DNA from: Elusimicrobiota bacterium
Lineage (GTDB): Bacteria; CG03; SLGR01; JAGXOG01
Length of the DNA stretch: 22,877 nt
Reading direction: 5' to 3'
NCBI GenBank assembly: GCA_051745145.1
Contig: JBNJDT010000021.1
Coordinates: 1 to 22,877, forward strand
Of this stretch, positions 1 through 8,759 are shown in pieces; position 1 is the stretch's first letter; the number at the start of each line of letters is the position of its first letter. Under the pieces are notes generated by a model. The model was not told the DNA's origin. It made no database searches and saw nothing but the letters and a program-made list of their open reading frames with translations. Position numbers and translations under genes: made by a program.

Positions 1-419
1 ACTGTATCAACTACTTTGGCATATACCCGGATTAATAGGGCGTCACTGGAATCCATAGAAGTTGTGGGCGGCGCCCAGGTAGAGGATTGAATACCACTTT
101 CAGTACCATTATTTACTTGCCGGGTTACATAAGCTGATGTTGAATTTGTAATTTCAGTTTCTCCACCATTTTCCCCGAGTAACCAAATACGAACCCCCCA
201 TTTTACTGTCTGGTTTTTATTGTTAAGATCTTGTACTATATTGTTTCCTACTGAATACTTTGTAGAAGTAGCCAAATTATAAGCGGTCAAATTATTTACC
301 GTATGCTCATCGGAAGTCATATACCTTACCTCACCCGCTAAAAGCAGTGAGGGAGTATACAAAAAAGCGGCTCCTGACAAAAGAGCTAATATATATAATA
401 TTTTTCTAAAATTTTTCAT
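1..419 (-). CDS. Secreted/surface protein of unknown function, N-terminal part (runs off the window start)
   Basis: Not in the ORF track; read manually. ATG at 419-417, frame open to the window edge: MKNFRKILYILALLSGAAFLYTPSLLLAGEVRYMTSDEHTVNNLTAYNLATSTKYSVGNN... The basic N-terminus, hydrophobic core and LLA|G look like a Sec signal peptide; the mature part is S/T/N-rich. Confidence 0.75.
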   Translation of the reverse strand, partial: MKNFRKILYILALLSGAAFLYTPSLLLAGEVRYMTSDEHTVNNLTAYNLATSTKYSVGNNIVQDLNNKNQTVKWGVRIWLLGENGGETEITNSTSAYVTRQVNNGTESGIQSSTWAPPTTSMDSSDALLIRVYAKVVDT

Positions 420-459
420 ATTTTTTTAGTCTATTTTTAAATTTACCTTAAACCATTAA

Positions 460-488
460 ATTATACTAAATACAAAAGTATAAAACAA
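460..488 (-). promoter_or_regulatory. Putative sigma70 promoter for the secreted-protein gene
   Basis: On the - strand: TTGTTT (488-483), 17 nt, TATAAT (465-460), about 40 nt upstream of the ATG at 419. Confidence 0.5.
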
Positions 489-618
489 ACAGATTTTCAG
501 TCATTTAAAATAGATCGGACCTCGTCGAAAAACAAGTTCTGTATTTTATTGAAGCCATACTGTGATTTTACTCAACATTATACAGGCAAATAATTAAATG
601 AAAATCAGATATATAAAT

Positions 619-649
619 TTGACAGTTTTTACAATTTTTAGTATATATT
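619..649 (+). promoter_or_regulatory. Putative sigma70 promoter for tRNA-Phe
   Basis: TTGACA at 619-624, then TATATA (642-647, 17 nt spacer) or TATATT (644-649), just upstream of the tRNA. Confidence 0.55.
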
Positions 650-659
650 ATCTTCAGGT

Positions 660-735
660 GGCGGGATAGCTCAGCTGGTAGAGCACTTGACTGAAAATCA
701 GGGTGTCCCCAGTTCGAATCTGGGTCCCGCCACCA
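660..735 (+). tRNA. tRNA-Phe (anticodon GAA)
   Basis: 76-nt cloverleaf: acceptor GGCGGGA/TCCCGCC, D arm GCTC..GAGC, anticodon arm CTTGA-CTGAAAA-TCAGG, T arm CCCAG-TTCGAAT-CTGGG, encoded ACCA end. Confidence 0.97.
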
Positions 736-824
736 CTTTTTTCTTTCCCTTATCTATTGAATTTTTCTCTTACTTATAATTATTCAGATGTGTATTAATA
801 TGCTGTAGAAAATCAGGTCAATTT

Positions 825-2297
825 TCATTCCGAATTTAAAAACCGGCCGGGATCCACTCCGTACTGGGTGAGCCGCTTTTCTATACCGCTTTTTAACTCA
901 TCGGTTTCGTATTTCTCTTTTCTGCCAACCGGTGGAATACTTCTGCTTAAAAATTTTTCTGATTTTTTAAAATCATTCTGGTTTAAATATAAAAAAGCTT
1001 TTCCCAGGTAAGCCCACCTGTAATCCGGGTGTCTTTTTAGAATACTGTCAAATCTATCTTCTGCCCGGGAATATTTACCGGTCTTAACTTCATAAAAACC
1101 GTTAGTTGTTATCCGGTAAGCTAAAAACGGCTCCACGGTAAATGTTATCGAAATCACTAATCCGGTGATTAACGCTGATCTTAAGATTCGGCTGTACTTT
1201 CCCGAATAATCCAAATTGTCGCAGGTTATAAAACTGCCGGTCAGTACAATTGCCGTGATAGTTATCAGGGGAATTGAAAAAGAATATTCTACCCAGCTGA
1301 AAATAAAAATTGTTGCCAGACTAACAAAAACCGGCTCTTTCAAAAACTTGCCGGACTTATAAAAATTTTCAAAGATCCCGTACACCAGCCATAAAAACCC
1401 CGTCAGGGTTATTACACCGCCTTGTGCACCTATATTAATAATAATTGAATGCAGGTAAATCGACAAGGGGGCTCTGTCCACAAACGCAGGTAAAATATGG
1501 GCGATTGTCCCCGGACCTGCCCCGGTCAAAAAATTTTCTTTCAATATATTCCAGCCCCCTTCCAGCCAGGCCAGCCGTTCAGATATCTTACCGGGGTTTT
1601 CTATTATTTCCCTGATCACTAAGTAAAAACCGGCCGCAATAAAGGGGCTTATAACTAAAAGCAGTCCTTTTTTGCGATGAATTATCAGAAAATAAACCAA
1701 AGATAACCCAAAAAGTCCCATGCCTATATGGGAACCCGTTTTCACCAGTGAATATCCCAGAAGAAAAAATATGGAAATATCAAAAAGCCAAAACTCTTTT
1801 TTCTTAAAATTTAACAAATTATCGTAAAATAATGGGAGCATTATAAGAAAAAACCCCGCCGCCATATTGGGGTTGGGAAACAGCGGCCGGTTAAATAGAT
1901 AGGGAAACATAAAATTTAAAAGGACAGCCAACCCCCCGGTATATTTTACCAGCCTTAAGATTTTCTTCCTATATCCAGAAGTATTAAAATAAGTGGAAAC
2001 AATTATAAATATAACCAGGTACCCCGCGCTGTTATAAAAAACCCGCAAAGATTCTACCGGCATACCCGAAAATTTAAGAGATACAAACAACCCTCCGAAA
2101 AGCAAAAGGAACGGAATTTGGAGCACAAATTTATTAATTTTAAGTTTACCCGTTAAAAAGATAACGGACATAAAAGTTACTGTCAGCGTAGTCAGGGTCT
2201 GGACCCATATATCCCATCCCCCTTTAAAAAGTAGATTAGTTAAAAGGAGGAAAGCTAAACTTAAAAATAACAGTTTTGATTTTAATTTTTCCTTCAT
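825..2297 (-). CDS. O-antigen ligase (WaaL/Wzy_C)-like polytopic membrane protein with short C-terminal TPR-like helices
   Basis: 490 aa with many hydrophobic segments. FPNPNMAAGF, TGS, R..W..GW..LKENFLTGAGPG and YLHS..I...QGG match the O-antigen ligase pattern; the polar helical tail (RHPDYRWAYLGKAFLY) is TPR-like. Confidence 0.75.
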   Translation of the reverse strand: MKEKLKSKLLFLSLAFLLLTNLLFKGGWDIWVQTLTTLTVTFMSVIFLTGKLKINKFVLQIPFLLLFGGLFVSLKFSGMPVESLRVFYNSAGYLVIFIIVSTYFNTSGYRKKILRLVKYTGGLAVLLNFMFPYLFNRPLFPNPNMAAGFFLIMLPLFYDNLLNFKKKEFWLFDISIFFLLGYSLVKTGSHIGMGLFGLSLVYFLIIHRKKGLLLVISPFIAAGFYLVIREIIENPGKISERLAWLEGGWNILKENFLTGAGPGTIAHILPAFVDRAPLSIYLHSIIINIGAQGGVITLTGFLWLVYGIFENFYKSGKFLKEPVFVSLATIFIFSWVEYSFSIPLITITAIVLTGSFITCDNLDYSGKYSRILRSALITGLVISITFTVEPFLAYRITTNGFYEVKTGKYSRAEDRFDSILKRHPDYRWAYLGKAFLYLNQNDFKKSEKFLSRSIPPVGRKEKYETDELKSGIEKRLTQYGVDPGRFLNSE

Positions 2298-2340
2298 AAA
2301 AAGTTAGTTTATCAAAATTATCCTCTTTTTTCCATATAAG

Positions 2341-2369
2341 TTGACAGCTATAGGTATTTAAGTTATATT
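2341..2369 (+). promoter_or_regulatory. Sigma70 promoter for tRNA-Thr (and possibly the downstream operon)
   Basis: TTGACA (2341-2346), 17 nt, TATATT (2364-2369). Confidence 0.7.
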
Positions 2370-2407
2370 TTTAAGCAAAACGCTTGGGTTTTTGCGATTA
2401 TTAGGAT

Positions 2408-2481
2408 GCCGGTGTAGCTCAATGGTAGAGCAATCCCCTCGTAAGGGATAGGCAGGAGTTCAAATCTCCTCACCGGCTCCA
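2408..2481 (+). tRNA. tRNA-Thr (anticodon CGT)
   Basis: 74-nt cloverleaf: acceptor GCCGGTG/CACCGGC, anticodon arm ATCCC-CTCGTAA-GGGAT, 4-nt variable loop, T arm AGGAG-TTCAAAT-CTCCT, encoded TCCA end. Confidence 0.96.
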
Positions 2482-2568
2482 GACAATAAAATTTAATCGC
2501 TTATTATACTATAATGTTGGGATCTAAAACACAATAACTTTATGTAAATGTAGGAGTAATATATATTT

Positions 2569-4791
2569 ATGGCATTTGATATACTGCTTTTTGTATTTTT
2601 TATAATTTTTCCTTTTTTTAGAGTCTTCGAGGGCTCTTTATTATCCAATATACATAATGTAATAGCGGTAACCAGTCTGGGAACAGCTGTTTTGGGCATT
2701 CTTTTTAATAAACTTGATAAATACCTGGATACACTCATTAAATATTTACTTCCCCTGCTTTTGAGTTCTATTGCCGCCCATTTCTTTTTACAGACTTATG
2801 ATTCGGCACAAATTAAGATAACTCACCTTGAAGTCGGCGGACCGCTTATATTCTTTTTATGGATAATTAAACGTATTAATATCGGAAACTTTAAAATCCA
2901 TCCTTCCAGAAAATATGCCCTTTACCCCGCTCTTGCAGTGATCGCCACGGGAATTATATCCTTTATATTTTCGCCCTTTCAGCTGGAGACCTTCGAACCC
3001 GGTATTGTAAGAAGAATTTCTTATGTAGGTATCTTTATTGTAACCATCTTCGAATTTAACCGGAAAGAGGATTTCAAGAGAATTATGTACTGGGTGCTGG
3101 CCACCTGTTTACTGGTAGTGATATACGGTTTTATCCAGGATTTCGGAGCTGACTGGCATGTCTGGGCCGGAGCTTTCGGGGACCGGATATTTTCAACTTT
3201 CGGAAACCCGAATTTTTATGCCGCCTGGCTGGTGCTGGTTTTACCTCTGGTTATGGCCAAGCTGCTTAAAACCCGCAAATGGTACTACTTAATTTTCTTT
3301 TTTGCCATACTCTACAATCTCTACATCACCGGTACTAAAGGAAGCTGGGTTGGACTGGGAGTGGGAATATCGGTTTTCATAGTTTTAGCCACTCTCTATT
3401 TAATAAAAGGCGACCCGGATAAAATGAAAAAGATCGCCGGGGCTCTAATAGGAATAATAGTAATTGTAACCTCAGTCGGAGTAACCTGGTTTACTGTTAA
3501 AAGAATTGACTCCCTCCGGTTCCGTCTTTTCACCTGGGGAGCCTGCATGAAAATGGTTTCCGAGCCGGTCTACTCCTCTCCGGCCAAAGCCGTAACTATT
3601 GGCCACGGTATAGAAACTTTTAATCTGGTTTATCCCAGTTACCGGCGGCCGGAGATTTTTCACATTGAAGGAAAACACAACACCCAGACAGACCATGCCC
3701 ATAATGAATTTTTAGAAGTTATGTATGATGAGGGTATAGTGGGAATTACAGTTTTGCTGTGGTTTCTCATATCTATATTTTACATGGCTTACAAAAGACT
3801 TAACAGAATCGGAGTAGGACGGGCAACTTCTGAAAATGACGCTTACCTGGTAGGACTTATAGCAGGCGTCCTGGGTATGTACGCCCACGCTTCAGTCAGC
3901 GTTCACATAAGATTTGTATCATCAGGATATATTTTGTGGACTTTTATGGGGCTTCTGGTAGTCCATACCGCTCCCATAAAATCCAAAAGCGATAAACCAC
4001 CAAATGGAAATATAATAACGTCTCCAAAAATTATCCCGGTAATAGCTATTCTCATTTTAATAGGGGTAAACTCCAAACAGGTAGCCAACAGGTTTGAAGC
4101 TAACATACTGCACAACCGGGCGATCGCTGCTTCTAAACAACGTCAGTGGGATAGAGCAGTTAATTTATATAAAAATGTACAGGAGTTACACCCCTCCTTT
4201 ATAATGGGTTACTATTTTGAAGGAAATGTCTATAACGACAAGCTCGCCTCGGCAATTAATAGAAAAGATCAAAATGCAGTAAGAAAAAATTACGATAAAG
4301 CTTTAAAAATGTATGAAAAAGTGCGGTCCATGTATCCTAACTATGTACAGGTTCACTTTCAGGAAGGAATGCTCCACCTTAGAGTCGGTAATATAGATAA
4401 AGCAGTTACCTCTTTTAGAAAATATATGAATATAGTAGACCCGGTTTACCCTCATACTTATCAGCGGCTCAGTATGATTGATGCAAGAAATAAAAATTTC
4501 AAGCGTGCTTCCTGGTACTTAAAAGAGGCAATCCACAGGAAACCGGAGATTATCAATAATTATATGGACCTGGCCCAGATTTTAATTATGATGCAAAAAT
4601 ATTACAGAGCAGAATCGGTATATAAAAAAGCCCTGGAAGAAAAAGAAGATAATGTAAAAGTATTGACCGCCCTGGCCGAGTTATATACTAATTTAAATGA
4701 AGACGGCGCTGCACGCAATATTTATCAGCGTATACTTAAAATAGAGCCTGATAATAATAAAATAAAACAAAAATTAGACAACCTTGAATAA
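2569..4791 (+). CDS. O-antigen ligase family membrane protein with C-terminal TPR domain
   Basis: 740 aa; AGGAG at 2552-2556. Motifs RIFSTFGNPNFYAAWL, TGTKGSW, RLFTW, GHGIETF, DHAHNEFLEV..DEGIVG; the last ~230 aa are TPR-like helical repeats. Confidence 0.85.
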   Translation: MAFDILLFVFFIIFPFFRVFEGSLLSNIHNVIAVTSLGTAVLGILFNKLDKYLDTLIKYLLPLLLSSIAAHFFLQTYDSAQIKITHLEVGGPLIFFLWIIKRINIGNFKIHPSRKYALYPALAVIATGIISFIFSPFQLETFEPGIVRRISYVGIFIVTIFEFNRKEDFKRIMYWVLATCLLVVIYGFIQDFGADWHVWAGAFGDRIFSTFGNPNFYAAWLVLVLPLVMAKLLKTRKWYYLIFFFAILYNLYITGTKGSWVGLGVGISVFIVLATLYLIKGDPDKMKKIAGALIGIIVIVTSVGVTWFTVKRIDSLRFRLFTWGACMKMVSEPVYSSPAKAVTIGHGIETFNLVYPSYRRPEIFHIEGKHNTQTDHAHNEFLEVMYDEGIVGITVLLWFLISIFYMAYKRLNRIGVGRATSENDAYLVGLIAGVLGMYAHASVSVHIRFVSSGYILWTFMGLLVVHTAPIKSKSDKPPNGNIITSPKIIPVIAILILIGVNSKQVANRFEANILHNRAIAASKQRQWDRAVNLYKNVQELHPSFIMGYYFEGNVYNDKLASAINRKDQNAVRKNYDKALKMYEKVRSMYPNYVQVHFQEGMLHLRVGNIDKAVTSFRKYMNIVDPVYPHTYQRLSMIDARNKNFKRASWYLKEAIHRKPEIINNYMDLAQILIMMQKYYRAESVYKKALEEKEDNVKVLTALAELYTNLNEDGAARNIYQRILKIEPDNNKIKQKLDNLE

Positions 4792-7030
4792 GAAGCTAAA
4801 AAAATTAGCCGGCGGTTTTGTATTACTGGCTTTATTTATATCCCCCCTGATATTTTTTACTGAAGTTACCCGTAATCCCTACCTGATCCAGGAGAGAATT
4901 CTCCAGGTATTTTTAAGCCTGGGGCTGGTTGCCCTCTATTTAACCGCAGGGGATAAAGAATATATAAAATTGCCCAGAACTTTTTTAGACAAGCCCCTGA
5001 TAGTTTTTTTTATTTTCTGTATCCTTTCGGTGGGATTTTCGTTTATAAGGTACTGGCATTACAGGTGGGCGATAACCGACTACGCAGGGCGGCGAATGCT
5101 TATGTTTACTTTCAGCGGTATGGCAGTCTTTTATTTTACGGCCGGGTTCGCTAAGAACAAAAAAGTTCTAACTAAAATAAAAAATGTAACAATATTAGCG
5201 GGAACCCTGGCTTCTTTCTATGCTATCATGCAGTTTGCTAATATGGATTTTATATGGGGCAGAGAACTCAGTCCCTATGGGGAAAGAAGTATATCCACTT
5301 TCGGCAATCCCAATTTTCTTTCTTCTTATCTTTTAATTACTATTTACTGGATAATAGGTGAAATTTTCACCGAACGAAAGACTGCGCTCTGGCTGGTAAT
5401 ATTACTGATAAACCTGGGAGGGCTGGCTATTACAATGACCCGGAGTACTTATGCAGCTTTATTTTTAGGCCTGCTGCTCTTTAGCTATTTCATGCTAAAA
5501 GAATACGGCAAAAAATCCAATAAGATAAAGAAAATAATTGCCGGACTTTTAGGGATTTTAATAAGTATCTTTGTAATCTTTTCAATTGCCTCCCCTCAAT
5601 TCAAAAATCGTGTTGAATCTTTTTTCAGCATTGAAAAAATGGGATCAGCTCTCACCCAACGGTTAATGATCTGGGAAGCTTCGGCCAATATGTTCCAAGA
5701 TACCCCGGTAGTGGGCAGGGGCTGGGGGAACTTTGAAATATTTTATCCTTTTTATCAGGGAGAAATTGTAAGCCGGGAAGATTATCAAAATCTCCGGACC
5801 CATGCCAATAATTCTCATAATTTTATTTTTGAGCTACTTACCCAGGTGGGAATTTTAGGTACGGGTATTTATATCTGGTTAATAATTACTTTTATTATCT
5901 TCGGTAAGCATCTCTATAAAAAAGTAAATAAAGACGAGAGGATACATATATTAATTTTTACTGTAGCAGGGATATCTTTCTGGATAGATAATCTACTTAA
6001 TGTCTCTCTTTACTTTCCCATACCGGCAATGGCTTTCTGGCTAAACGCCGGACTTCTGGCCGCAGCGGGAAGAGAAAATGAAGATTATCCCGTATATTCT
6101 TTTAAAAAAAATACTTTTTATATCCCGGGGCTGCTTTTCTTAATGGTTTTACTTGGTGGGGTCACGGCTTTTAATTATAAATATTTTACAGCATCTTCTT
6201 ACTTTTTTCAGGGCTTTAAACATTCCCGGCAAAACAAACTGATTCCGGCAGAAGAAAAACTATTGCAGGCTCATAACCGGTATTCTCTTATTGTGGATAA
6301 TAATTACGAACTGGGCAATGTCTACGGGAGAATGGCCGGAAGGGACAAAAAGTACTTAGAAAAAGCCATATGGGCTTACAATGAAGCTATTAAAGCCAAT
6401 CCCGGATACGATGAAATTTATTTTAACCTGGGAGTTATGCATTTGAGAAACAATCAACCGGAAAAAGCAGAAGAAATTTTAAATACATCCTTAGAAATTA
6501 ATCCCATATCCGCAAGAACTCTTAGTACATTCGGAGATATCAAGGGAAGAGCAGAGAATTATAAGGAGGCCAAAAAATATTACAAAAGAGCCGTAAAATT
6601 CAATCCCGGCGCATCCTCTATCTGGAATAATTACGGTTATTATACGGAAAAGACCGGGGATTTAAAAAAAGCAATTACCTATTATTTAAAGGCCTTAAAA
6701 TTAAACTCAAATTTTAACGAAGCCAGGAACAATATAAAGAGAGCTTATTCTAAAATAAGAAATAACGTTGATTCCGAAAAAATTAATAATTTATTTAAAA
6801 TGGCCGGAAAAAATATAGATAGCCAAAACTGGGAGCAGAGTTTTTCTAAAATAGAAGAAATCCTTGAAATTAACCCCTTAAACTTAAACGCCCTGCTCTA
6901 TGCCGGTAATATTCAATTTCAGTTGCAGAATCCCCAAAAGGCGAAAGACTACTACCAAAAAATACTTCTTATAGATCCTGACAACAAAACTGCAAAAGAA
7001 AATCTAAAGAAAATTGAAGACAATGAGTGA
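4784..7030 (+). CDS. O-antigen ligase family membrane protein with C-terminal TPR domain (paralogue of 2569..4791)
   Basis: 748 aa; TTG start overlaps the upstream gene end by 8 nt. Motifs RSISTFGNPNFLSSYL, TMTRST, RLMIW, GRGWGNF, NSHNFIFELLTQVGILG; clear TPRs (ANPGYDEIYFNLG, FNPGASSIWNNYG, INPLNLNALLYAG). Confidence 0.85.
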   Translation: MNKKLKKLAGGFVLLALFISPLIFFTEVTRNPYLIQERILQVFLSLGLVALYLTAGDKEYIKLPRTFLDKPLIVFFIFCILSVGFSFIRYWHYRWAITDYAGRRMLMFTFSGMAVFYFTAGFAKNKKVLTKIKNVTILAGTLASFYAIMQFANMDFIWGRELSPYGERSISTFGNPNFLSSYLLITIYWIIGEIFTERKTALWLVILLINLGGLAITMTRSTYAALFLGLLLFSYFMLKEYGKKSNKIKKIIAGLLGILISIFVIFSIASPQFKNRVESFFSIEKMGSALTQRLMIWEASANMFQDTPVVGRGWGNFEIFYPFYQGEIVSREDYQNLRTHANNSHNFIFELLTQVGILGTGIYIWLIITFIIFGKHLYKKVNKDERIHILIFTVAGISFWIDNLLNVSLYFPIPAMAFWLNAGLLAAAGRENEDYPVYSFKKNTFYIPGLLFLMVLLGGVTAFNYKYFTASSYFFQGFKHSRQNKLIPAEEKLLQAHNRYSLIVDNNYELGNVYGRMAGRDKKYLEKAIWAYNEAIKANPGYDEIYFNLGVMHLRNNQPEKAEEILNTSLEINPISARTLSTFGDIKGRAENYKEAKKYYKRAVKFNPGASSIWNNYGYYTEKTGDLKKAITYYLKALKLNSNFNEARNNIKRAYSKIRNNVDSEKINNLFKMAGKNIDSQNWEQSFSKIEEILEINPLNLNALLYAGNIQFQLQNPQKAKDYYQKILLIDPDNKTAKENLKKIEDNE

Positions 7031-8759
7031 TAATATAAAGATAAAACTTGCCTGGGTAATTTTACTTACAGTGTTTTTTATTACCTTCCCCCTGGCCAAA
7101 AACAGGCTTAATTTCGAGCAGGAAAATATAAGAGTAGAAATAATATCCGAAAAAGACGACCCAAGATTGATGACCAGAATTATTGAGGAATATACTCTGG
7201 AGGAGTGGAACGAAAAGAACTGGCTAAACCGCTGGAAACCCGGTATGCAAGGCCCAGTTTCTGAATTTACAGGAAGGAAAAAGACAGAAGAATTACTTAT
7301 ATTTTCCGATAAATCTAAATTTGAACAGGCCTATGAAGTTTTTAAACTGAAATTTAAATTAAATGATGTACAAATTAAAAAATTCAGAGAAGAAAATTTC
7401 TACTATATTCTTTTGAATGGTCTACCCTGGGATAAATTAAAGGATATAGGTATGGGCCCGGAGAGTATGGCTTACAATCCCCAAAATAGATACTACATAA
7501 GGCCTGTAAACGGCAACTATATAACTCCGGCTTATATTAACTGGCTCTTTGAAACGCTAAAATATGATGGTGTCATCTTTAAAGGTAAAGAAGTTGCCGG
7601 ATATCCGGATAATTTGCTTACTCTTATCAGTATTTTAAAACAGAAGAATTTGCCGGTTTACACCATAGAGGGGACTGCCCAGAAAGGTTTCGAAAAAATA
7701 GCCGGATCCGGAGTTAATAAAGGTGTTAAAGTGGCCCGGCTCCACAGCATCCCCGAGCATATTACTGAAAAAAAAGAATTACTGGGTAGAATACGCCGGG
7801 CTGTCCGGGAACGCAATATAAGGGGGATATATTTAAAAACTCAAAAACACAATATTTTTATACCGGAAATTAGAAAAACCATAAATAATGCGGGCCTGGC
7901 AATAGGGCATCCCGTTTTTTACAATATTTTAGAAAACCGACAAAAACGGCGGCGGTTTATCGGTGGTATACTCTCTATCGCAGGTATTTTGTTATGGTTT
8001 AAAATAAATATTTTTATTGTATTTTTTATGTCTGTATTTACATTAGTTTTCTCTTTAATTTATCCGACTTTGGGACTAAATTTCATAATTCTTTTTTTGG
8101 GTATCGCTTTTCCCTTAAAAGCTTTTCAATACGCCTTAAAAGATAAAACTAAATTTTTACCTGCAATAATATATGCTTTTTTTCTGGCACTTGCCGGGGG
8201 ATACCTTGTGGGAATTATCGGATTTGATCCGGTTTATTTTTTAAAGATAGAACCGGTCAGGGGCATTAAACTGGCTCTATTTCTGCCGGTATTTTTAGCG
8301 TTCTTTACAGCCTACAAAGACAGTCCCGGTTTTTTAAAAAAACATATAACTAGATTCGAAATACTGCTAATTACATTCCTGGGGGCAGTATTGAGTTTAT
8401 ATATTTTAAGAAGCTCTAACGCTATGCCCGGCTTAGTTACGGATTGGGAAATAAATTTAAGACAATTTCTGGAAAATACTTTTACATACCGGCCGCGGTT
8501 TAAAGAATTTTTATGGGGACATCCGCTTTTTATAGCTGGAATTTATTTTCTAAAGCAAAAAAGAAATTTTAAACTTTCAGAAGTTAATTTCGGGAAACTA
8601 ATAGTAATTCTGGGTATTATAGGACTGGTTTCGGTAATAAACAGTTTTATGCATTTCCATACTCCGCTTTTTGGATCAGTTATCAGAAGTCTATGGGGAT
8701 TTCTCCTGGGATTTTTAATATCATTGGTACCGATAATATTTATAAAAATATGGACTTAA
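7023..8759 (+). CDS. DUF5693 family membrane protein
   Basis: Likely start is ATG 7023 (ORF track uses TTG 7014). N-terminal TM, soluble domain (ARLHSI, RAVRERNIR), then a multi-TM domain with RGIKLAL, RPRFKEFLWGHP and SVINSFMHFHTPL, which I recognise as DUF5693; this family typically lies next to csaB. Confidence 0.8.
   Translation: MSDNIKIKLAWVILLTVFFITFPLAKNRLNFEQENIRVEIISEKDDPRLMTRIIEEYTLEEWNEKNWLNRWKPGMQGPVSEFTGRKKTEELLIFSDKSKFEQAYEVFKLKFKLNDVQIKKFREENFYYILLNGLPWDKLKDIGMGPESMAYNPQNRYYIRPVNGNYITPAYINWLFETLKYDGVIFKGKEVAGYPDNLLTLISILKQKNLPVYTIEGTAQKGFEKIAGSGVNKGVKVARLHSIPEHITEKKELLGRIRRAVRERNIRGIYLKTQKHNIFIPEIRKTINNAGLAIGHPVFYNILENRQKRRRFIGGILSIAGILLWFKINIFIVFFMSVFTLVFSLIYPTLGLNFIILFLGIAFPLKAFQYALKDKTKFLPAIIYAFFLALAGGYLVGIIGFDPVYFLKIEPVRGIKLALFLPVFLAFFTAYKDSPGFLKKHITRFEILLITFLGAVLSLYILRSSNAMPGLVTDWEINLRQFLENTFTYRPRFKEFLWGHPLFIAGIYFLKQKRNFKLSEVNFGKLIVILGIIGLVSVINSFMHFHTPLFGSVIRSLWGFLLGFLISLVPIIFIKIWT

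Noticed and set aside
660..2481. Genomic island or prophage integrated at tRNA-Phe or tRNA-Thr
   Set aside because: No integrase, no duplicated tRNA 3' end seen, and the enclosed gene shares the CCGG-rich host signature.
2523..2550. dif-like site (TTATGTAAAT resembles a XerD arm)
   Set aside because: The left arm does not resemble a XerC site or form the expected dyad.
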